From the NCBI RefSeq assembly GCF_001194135.2, contig NC_068985.1, positions 51,232,723 through 51,265,783 on the forward strand: DNA of 33,061 nucleotides, read 5' to 3'. This document shows, in pieces, positions 24,586 through 33,061 of the stretch (positions are counted from its first letter, which is position 1; each line of letters starts with the position of its first letter). The translations under genes were made by a program, and so were the position numbers. The DNA comes from Octopus bimaculoides (lineage: Eukaryota). The notes under the pieces were generated by a model. That model searched no databases. It worked only from the letters and a program-made list of their open reading frames with translations, and had not been told where the DNA came from.

Positions 24586-24900
24586 CACTGATCTGTGCCA
24601 ATATTTGCCAACCAATAATAAATTATATGCATGGTGAACAGTGAGATTCAGTGAACAAACTGTTCACTGATCTGTGCCAATATTTGCTAATCAATAATAA
24701 ATCATTATATACATGGTGAACAGTGAGATTCAGTGAACAAACTGTTCACTGATCAGTGCCAATATTTGCCAACCAATAATAAATCATTATATACATGGTG
24801 AACAGTGAGATTCAGTGAACAAATTGTTCACTGATCTGTGCCAATATTTGCCAACCAATAATAAATCGTTATAAGCATGGTGAACAGTGAGAGTCAGAAC
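24586..24900. repeat. Tandem array of 79-82-bp units (about 4 copies)
   Basis: Units start at 24586, 24665, 24747 and 24829 (cactgatctgtgccaatatttgcc...gagattcagtgaacaaactgtt). Confidence 0.95.
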
Positions 24901-25454
24901 AATGAATTGTATATTTATTCTTAATATGTTCCAGCAGATTCAAATATTAACAAAATGAGGAAATGGGAAAGAACTTGAAAAATATTTCAAATTGTTAATA
25001 GAAATCTGTAGCATCATCATTATCATTCTTTAACATCTGTTTTCCATGCTGGCATAGGGTGGAAAATTTGACCAGAGTTAGCAAGCAGAAGAGCAGCACC
25101 AGGTTCCAGTCTGATTTGGCTTGGTTTCAACAGCTGGATGCTCTTCCTAATATCAACCACTTTACAGTGTGTGCTAGGTGCTTTTAATGAGACACTGGCA
25201 AGAGCACTTTTATGTGGCACCAACACAAATGCTTTTTATGTGGCACTGGCACAGGACTCTTGTAGGCCAATCCTCTTCACCAGAGGGAGTAGCCTTAACA
25301 CTTCTGTTGTGGAGGACGGATCTTCTTGGGTATCAGCAAATGAATATAAGCCTTAGGAATTTTTTTCTGAACTGGAAAATTTTTGATAAAAAATGTTCCC
25401 AGACTCAGCATGAAAATAAATAATTATTTGAAATGAATGCCAGTCTTTTATCTT

Positions 25455-26095
25455 TTACCTTTTACTTGATTTACTCGTTGCACTGTGGCCATGCTGGTGC
25501 AGTGCTTTGAAGACTTAGGTGATCAAATCGACCACCCCAAGTCTGGTAGTTATTTTATTGGTTTTGTTTGCCAAACAACTAAGCTACAGGGATGTAAACA
25601 AACTAACACCAGTTGTCAAGCAGGGAGCAGGGGACAAACACACAAAGCCACACACAGTATATACATACATACATGTATATATATACAGACTTACATGTAT
25701 ATATATATATATATATATACATACATCTATACATGTGACACATAAAAGACACCCAGTCACTCTGTGGATTGGTTGGCGCTAGGAAGAGCATCTCGTCATA
25801 GAAACCAAGCCAAAACAGACTAGAGCCTGATGTAGCTCTCCGGCTTACCAGCTCCAGTCAAACTGTCTTACTCATGCTAGCATGGAAAACAGACAGTAAA
25901 TGATGATAATGATGATGATGGTGATAAATGATGAGCTTCTTTCAGTTTCTGTCTATCAAATCCACTCTCAAGACTTTGGTTGGCCTGGGGCTGCAATAGA
26001 AGACACTTGCCGAAGGTGCTATGCTGTGGGGTTGAACCTGGAACCATGTAATTTGGGAAGCAAGTTTCTTACCACACAACCACACCTGCACCTAT
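25455..26095 (-). mobile_element. SINE family A split by a family C insertion (~25740-25925)
   Basis: 3' half at ~25455-25700 and 5' half at ~25935-26095, with a family C copy in the microsatellite linker. Confidence 0.7.
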
Positions 26096-26304
26096 GAAAA
26101 TATGAAAATATTACAAAAAGAATGGTTTTTGAAATTTGGACTAGTAATAGTGACACAATCATGGGATATGAAGGTAGACCTGAGGGAAAGATTGCAGATT
26201 TCTTTGGTCAACCAGGCAATCCTGGGACTAGATGTAGTTTTGTGGTTTGAAACGGCCAAGAAAATAATCTTGATCATCCTGGCAAGCTCGTAATCATTTT
26301 AGGT

Positions 26305-26990
26305 GCAGATGTGGCTGTGTGGTAAGAAGCTTGCTTCTCACAACAATACCATTCCAAGTTCATTCCCCCTGCATAGCACTTTTGGCAAGTGTCTTCTATA
26401 GCCTCAGGCCAGCCAAATCCTCGTGAGTAGATTTGGTAGATGGAAACTGAAAGAAGTCCGTCGTATGTATATATATACATATATATATATATGTATTGCA
26501 GAGACTTTTGGCAATTTACCATACTTGAGAAAACCTTTCAAGCCAAGTGAGATCATAATTATGACCGATGCCAGTGATTTATAACTGGCACCTGTGCCGG
26601 TGGCACATAAAAAGCTCCCACTACACTCTTGTAGTGGTTGGCATTAGAAAGGGCATCCACCTGTAGCAATCAGGCCAAATCAGATTGAAGCCTGGAGCAC
26701 CTCCCCAGTTTTCAGTCAAACTGTCCAACCCATGCCAGCTTGGAAAAATGGACGTTAAATGATGATGATAATATATTTATGTGTGTGTGTGTGTTTTCCC
26801 CCCTGTCATCACTTGACAACCGATGCTGGTGTGTTTATGTTGCCATAACTTAGTGGTTTGGCAAAAGAGACCTTTAGAATAAGTATTAGGCTTACAAAGA
26901 ATAAATCCAGGGGTCAATTTCTTTGAGTAAAACCCTTTGAGGCAGTGCTCCAGCATGACTGTAGTCAAATGACTGAAGCAAAAGAGTAAA
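26305..26990 (+). mobile_element. SINE family A split by a family C insertion (~26520-26770)
   Basis: 5' half at ~26305-26470 and 3' half at ~26775-26990, with a family C copy in the linker. Confidence 0.7.
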
Positions 26991-27868
26991 GCTTACAATC
27001 ACATAGGAAGAAAGGTGCAATCAAAGGTGCTGAATACCAGAGCCATCTGCAGGATTGCAAAGAGAAAGGACAGTAGTCATGGAGTAAGAGAGAGGAGACC
27101 CCAGGAGGAAATGAAGAGCAGTGATTTGGCCACCAATAGGAGGGTGTTGCAACTCAGTGTGAAAACACCCACTGATCATTGGATAACATCTGATGTCATC
27201 AATTCTTTCTAATCAAAACTGTATTCACTGAAGGTGAATGAAGCAGCATCGTCTCCTTTTAGATGTTTTCTGTATCTAAAAGAACGATCTTTGAAAAATG
27301 GAATGAAAATGATTGAATAAAGAAACTTTTCAATGAATAACATTTTCATAATACTTGCATAGCTGACACATATATATTTGCTGTTATCTTAGAAATTTTT
27401 AGGTTACAAATAAATTTAGGTTTTGCTAGTTACTTAAGTGAATAAAAATAGAAATATTTCAAGAGAACAAGTTTCTCACATCTGATATTAAAAAAAAAAA
27501 GAATTGGAAAGATATAATAAAAGTATTACATAATGAATTATCAGTTGAATATGGAACTAAAATAAGTAAACAATGTAATAATTACAGAATCAATTTTTAA
27601 AAAGAATATTATCTTAAACTGAAAATGTGTTAAGACATTGGAATGGGAGTTTGGATAGAAATATTTCTAGTGGCAGAATTAAGCGACTATCCTCAGGAAA
27701 AAAACCCACAATAGTTGGTAGAAGTACTGGTTAGAAATATCACTTGCAGCAGAAGTGAGTGACTATCTGAAGAAAGAGAAAATAAGAAGTAAGGGATAGT
27801 AATGTATAGTAATATTAAGAATATTCTAGAATGGAATTTAAAGACCTATGGTGTGTACAGATCTAAAT

Positions 27869-28346
27869 CAAGGGTTGGCAAAGCGATTGTCAATCAATAT
27901 TGACCCCTAGGTGGGTCTAGGTGGCTATCCTAGCAATTAATAAACATCAGAAACGATTTTGAGTGAATTATTAGTGAAATAAATCCTGGACAGTGCAGTC
28001 ATTTAAGGCTAAAACTCATTAATTTCCAGCCAAATATCAATGCACAACAAGTGTTCACCAAACACTTTCCACATTAAATATTCCAAATATATCAATATAA
28101 TATCACCAAATTTTTATTGTTCTTCATTAATTTCATTAAGTATTTTCATTAAATTTCTTTAAATATTGCTTATTAAAAAATGGTAATGACACAAAAGAAT
28201 GAAGGAATTATTGTTTATAATGAGGAAATTTTTAAAGTATATGTTTTATTTTTGAAAGTTTAAATAATGGGGGTCAGAATGGGGGCAATAAGTTATCAAT
28301 GATTCCACAAAGAGGATCGATGATATAAGAAGTTGGCCAACCCTTG
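27869..28346. mobile_element. hAT-like MITE with perfect 8-bp TSD
   Basis: TIRs CAAGGGTTGGC...GCCAACCCTTG, flanked on both sides by ATCTAAAT (27861-27868 and 28347-28354). Confidence 0.9.
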
Positions 28347-29169
28347 ATCTAAATAAATGTTAAGGAAAAGCTCCAGCATGAGATCTGGGTTACTAATATA
28401 CAGATGTGTGGGCATACCTTTTGTAATGAGTAAAATGAGTACACATAGACAGACAGACATTTACAAATATGTATTAAGGTGCATATATATGTACAATTAT
28501 CTATCTGTCTATACATACATGCATGGGCACTGGGATATTTAACACACTGCCTAAATAACAATCTTGAAAAATTAGGCTTCTCAAAACCAGAAAGAAGAAA
28601 GCTGATTTGAAGACTACAAGTCAAAGCCATCACTGGAACTGTAAAAATCTGTAAAACTTCCCAGAAATTTATCATTTATATATATATGAGCATGTCTAGA
28701 TATGCAAGTATATGCACGAGAAGACATACATAAAACAAAACATACAAGTCTGCACATTTACATAAATACACACATAGATACAAAAATACCTTGTTGTTGA
28801 TGTTGAAATTCCAATGAAGTAGCTTTGGATCTAGGTTAGAAACCAACCCTTTCTCTATTGGCAAGAAATCTTGAAATAAAACCGAATAATGACATACATT
28901 CATACATACATACATACATATCATTTTTTATTTTGGTTAAGTCAATCTCTTGTTACTTTAGAATGCATATACAAGTTTATCAATCTGGTAAGTTTTAACT
29001 TGCATGATGACCCCGTGAATGCACAGGTGAAAAAACTCCAGAATAGCAACAAACTTACTTAACCTAGATAAAAAAAAATATTACTATTTTCTATTATGGT
29101 ACTAAGTACTCTTTCCTCTGACAATCAATACCAACTGTACACACATACACACACATAAAGTAATAAGGA

Positions 29170-30915
29170 AGATACAGAAGGCCATTGACAAAGCCAGCTT
29201 AACTGGGAAATACCGTCGCCAGATGAGGCTAGCTGGCACTTAAAACACTTAAAGGTATTGCAACTGGATGCAATCATGGAGATGTTACTAGACACCATTA
29301 AGGGCTTTTATGGACAATATTACTGTATTGTCAGAAAATAGAGAAGCAGCAGATGGAATGTTAGAACGGTTGGAGAAGCTAATAGGATGGGTAAGAATGA
29401 AATTCAAAGCCAAGAAATCTCAAAGTGTGGCATTTGTGAAAGGAGTCCAAAAAGAAGTGAAGTTCAGGATAGGAGGCGAAGAAATACCAACAGTGAAAGA
29501 TCCACCAGTCGAAAATCTCGGCAAATGGTACAGAAATTTATTAAATGATAAGAAGCAAAGCAAGGAAACATGATTTAATGGAACAGGGACTAAAGGCAAT
29601 TGACAGGACAACATTCTGGGGAAATTCAAATGCTGGATACTGCAATTTGGACTGTACTCAAGGATAATGTGGCCATTGAAAATGTGTGAAATAGCCTCAA
29701 TTAGAGTAGAAGGGATGGAACAAAGATGCAGTGTGTTTATCAGAAAATGGCTTGGTCTTCCAAAACCACTGAATATAACTACACTATATGGAAAACCTGT
29801 GCTGCAACTACTGATAACATCAATCAGTGACGAATATAAGGCAGGAAAGGTGAGAATATAAGGCAGGAAAGGTGAGAATAGTAATGATGCTAAGGTATTC
29901 AAAAGATGAGAACATCTAAGAAAACCATCCAGAGGTATGAACAGGGAGGAAATGGAAAGCGAAAGAAGCAGTAAACAGTGTGATCAGAAAGTTAAGGCAT
30001 GCCGATATAGTCGGAGAGACACAAGAAGCAAGAGCCAGTCTAGGGTTGCAAAATTTCAAATCATTTTGCATGAGCAGAGTAAAAGGGATGAAAGAGGCAA
30101 TGGTACATGAAGTGAGAAAGAAGGAAAAAGAAAGGCTAAATGTACATTTGGTGCAACATAGTCAACAGAGACAGTGTCTGAGATGGCAGGAATATGTGGT
30201 CAGTTGCAGAATCTCATGAAAAGAACAAACAAAAACATCCTTCCTGATTAAGTCTACCGTCGACATTTTGCATTCACCGGCCAATTTAGTCCAGTGGAAC
30301 CTACAAATGACTGATGAATGTAGATGCGGAGTAAAAGTGACAGTGGGACATGTTCTGTCAAACTTCAGGCTAGCACTAGATGGATATACAAGACATCACA
30401 ACCACAGCACTCAAGGAGAAAATTGAGGGATATAATAGGAGTGAGTACCCAAAAGTGGAAAAATGCGGAAGGATACGCTTCCAGAAAGAGGGAAAAGGAA
30501 ATAAGACCAAGCCTTCAAAAAAAGCATACGAGACAAATGAAAGATAGAAGGGATACTGGGAGCTGGCCATGGATTTGGAAAGCTTATTAATGTGTCCATT
30601 CATAAAGACAACAAAAAGACCGGACTTAATCCTATGGAATACAGACCAAAAAATTGGAATTTTGCTAGAACTGACAGTGTCATGAAAAGAAAATATCACT
30701 AATGCAGAGCAAAGGAAGGAGAGGAGGCATGAGAAATTAATCAAAGAGTGCAGGGAAGTATTACCACCTGGCAGTGGGGGCTAGAGGCTCCATTGAAAGG
30801 AAAATGGTGATGTTATTTAAAAGAAGATTTGCAGTTTCAAGCACAGAATAGAGAAAAGTAATAAGGAAGATACAGGAGAGAGTTGACAAAGCCAGCTTCT
30901 ATATATGGCTGAAAT
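29170..30915 (+). mobile_element. Decayed non-LTR retrotransposon with restriction-like endonuclease (HERO-like)
   Basis: KGIATGC, (AF)MDNITV, RMKFKAKKSQS, RKWLGLP, LRHADIVG..Q..R..LG, a degenerate CCHC region and KRPDLILWN...ELTV (PD..E endonuclease motif). Multiple stops and frameshifts. Confidence 0.75.
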
Positions 30916-30954
30916 AAGAAGACTTGAAATGGCTCAAAAGCCATATGCCAACTG

Positions 30955-31245
30955 AGCAAATGTTTTTTACTATAGCTCCAGGCCAACCAAAGCTGTGTGA
31001 GTGGATTTGGTAGATGGAAACCAAAAGAAGCCTGTCATGTGTGTGTGTGTGTGTGTCCTACCACCACTTGACAACTAATGTTAGTGCGTTTACGTCCCTG
31101 TAACTTGGCAGTTTGGCAACAACGATCAACAGAATAAAGTACCAGGCTTAAAAATAATGCCTGGAGTTGATTCCCTCAGCTAAAAATTATTCAAGGCAGT
31201 GCCCCACCATGGCCACAGTCTAAAAACTGAAACAAGCAAAAGATG
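30955..31245 (+). mobile_element. SINE family A (head truncated)
   Basis: actatagc...gtggatttggtagatggaaac...(TG)n...cagtc..aaactgaaacaag. Confidence 0.8.
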
Positions 31246-31261
31246 AATGATATATATGTAT

Positions 31262-31472
31262 TCATATATGTATAGGGTGAAGCAGAAAATCCTCCCATAT
31301 TTTACATGCCCATTGGTGTGGCACTAATGATGTTTGGCAGGTGATAATGGTGTCTTCAGGTAAGTGTTGTTTTACTGTTTTTCTTTTGTCATCATCATCA
31401 TTTGGACCATTGCACACTCTATGTTTGATGTTGGAATGTTTATCAAGAATGGTGACTCTGGGAAATTTTTTG
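31262..31472 (-). CDS. Possible cytoplasmic-tail exon following the TM exon
   Basis: Two acceptors (tgcag| at 31472 and tttcccag| at 31457) both join in frame with the phase-2 end of the TM exon. The frame stays open to TGA at 31262: (NKKFPR)VTILDKHSNIKHRVCNGPNDDDDKRKTVKQHLPED... The polypyrimidine tract is weak and no homology was recognised. Confidence 0.3.
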
Positions 31473-31679
31473 CTGCATCCAATATTGTGTATATGTGTGT
31501 ATATAGACATACACACACACACACACATATATCATGATTTTACATCCCCTTTTCCATGCTAGATGTATATAAGTGCATGAGTGTGCATGTGCACATGTGA
31601 TTATTTACAGTGATGATGTGTTTACATTCTCTATAACACAAAATATTCTACAGTCCTACTTTTATGAACACAAGTAAAT

Positions 31680-31975
31680 ACTATAGCCTCGGGCCGACCA
31701 AAGCCTTGTGAGTGGATTTGGTAGAAAGAAACTGAAAGAAGCCCGTCGTATATATATATGTGTTTGTGTGTCTGTGTTTATTCCCACCAACATCACTTGA
31801 CAACCAATGCTGGTGTGTTTACATTCCCATCACTTAGCGGTTCGGCAAGAGAAACCGATAGAATAAGTATTAGGCTTACAAAGAATAAGTCCTGGGGTCG
31901 ATTTGCTCGACTATAGGCGGTGCTCCAGCATGGCCGCAGTCAAATGACTGAAACAAATAAAAGAATAGAAGAATA
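31680..31975 (+). mobile_element. SINE family A (head truncated)
   Basis: actatagcctcgggccgaccaaagcc...cagtcaaatgactgaaac. Confidence 0.85.
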
Positions 31976-32480
31976 GTGATAAAATGTATGTGCTGTACAT
32001 TAGCTCACTCCCTCCATCGAATAGACGTTGCTTGAACAGGTGCACTGTGTGCCATGCATCAGGTGTTAAAGTGATCACAGAGCAATGCGAGATGTAGTGT
32101 TTTGTTCAAGAACACAATGTACCACCCAGTGTAGTAATTGAATCCACAATTTTGCAATAATGATTGCAATACGCTAACCACTAGGCTATGCATAATAATA
32201 ATAATACTAATGTGTGTTTATATGGGTATATATGTGTACGTCTGTGTGTGTGTGTGTGTGTGAGAACATGTATTTTGATTGAGTGTGTATGAATACATTT
32301 CCTTTGAAGAAAAAAATAATCCAGATATAAAGCTATTTGAAGAATAAAACATGAATTTATGTATAACTGAATGTATATTAAATATGAATGCATATATACA
32401 AATGAATGTATATAAAACTGAATATCTGTGTAAGTGAATGTATACAAAAACGATGTATATATAAAATATGAAAGTATATG

Positions 32481-32524
<44 letters not shown>

Positions 32525-32531
32525 AACTCAC

Positions 32532-32640
32532 TTGTTGAAATATCTGGTCAGCAGACAAATGACAAGGGTGATTCCAAGAAAGGCTATGATGGCAACAACG
32601 CAGACAACAAATACCAGAAGAGTTGGTCCCTGGAAGAATG
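32532..32640 (-). CDS. Internal exon encoding a single transmembrane helix of an unidentified single-pass membrane protein
   Basis: The minus strand reads polypyrimidine tract-ttgcag|CA TTC TTC CAG GGA CCA ACT CTT CTG GTA TTT GTT GTC TGC GTT GTT GCC ATC ATA GCC TTT CTT GGA ATC ACC CTT GTC ATT TGT CTG CTG ACC AGA TAT TTC AAC AA|gtgagt. This gives FFQGPTLLVFVVCVVAIIAFLGITLVICLLTRYFN: about 24 hydrophobic residues followed by Arg, with consensus splice sites. An alternative acceptor lies 11 nt downstream (ttcttccag|GGA). Confidence 0.8.
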
Positions 32641-32832
32641 CTGCAACAATAACAGATGGGGAAAAAGAATAAGTGAATACACATATATAATTTGTGAATC
32701 TCATATGTTTATAGATACATACATATAGATACCTAAAGACAAACCTCTTGTGATAACAAAAGAGGTCAGCCTCAATATTCTTGGAAATAGAGGACTGTAT
32801 TTATAGAATGATTCAGGTATGAGGAGACTCAC

Positions 32833-32910
32833 ATACAAGACTTCAAGTTTCTGTGTCAATGTCACTACAGGATTTTTGATGTTTGTGATTGATAGTATTG
32901 CAGGCACCAG
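32833..32910 (-). CDS. Candidate 78-nt exon upstream of the TM exon (frame ambiguous)
   Basis: ttccttcag| acceptor and TAT|gtgagt donor, with a 192-nt intron to the TM exon. Phase 0 reads LVPAILSITNIKNPVVTLTQKLEVLY. Phase 1 reads GACNTINHKHQKSCSDIDTET*SLV, with an in-frame TGA. Confidence 0.55.
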
Positions 32911-33061
32911 CTGAAGGAATGTAGCAATTATCATATGATTAATACAAAAACTTGAAGCTCTGTATGTGAGTCTCCATAATTCCATAACTGTATTATTCAA
33001 TACATACAGACACACATAAACAACCACAAATATATGTGTGTATGTATACATATATATATAT

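Noticed and set aside
24586-24900. CRISPR-like palindromic repeats
   Set aside because: No unique spacers, no cas genes, and eukaryotic context.
31276-31359. Plus-strand exon ending CAG|gtaagt
   Set aside because: The acceptor is poor and all three frames contain stops.

Overview
AT-rich, repeat-dominated eukaryotic genomic DNA with five assembly gaps. The SINE families resemble those I recall from octopus genomes, so a coleoid cephalopod origin is inferred rather than proven. Most of the window is SINEs (three main families, informally A, B and C), MITEs (hAT-like and piggyBac-like), decayed LINE fragments (RTE, CR1-like, HERO/RLE-like), a Penelope-like element, microsatellites and two complex tandem arrays (~67 bp and ~82 bp units). 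The only convincing host coding sequence is near the right end on the minus strand: a transmembrane-helix exon (32532-32640), an upstream 78-nt exon candidate and a possible cytoplasmic exon. Highlights: (1) the Penelope-like remnant carries two inverted copies of a type I hammerhead ribozyme with a palindromic stem III; (2) a 35-bp stem covers the donor site of the 78-nt exon, and in one reading frame it encloses a UGA that A-to-I editing would turn into Trp; (3) an RTE insertion with a 5' inversion; (4) an 82-bp tandem array with a perfect 10-bp palindrome at each junction. Nearly all listed ORFs are microsatellite or SINE artefacts. All assignments were made by eye, without database searches.
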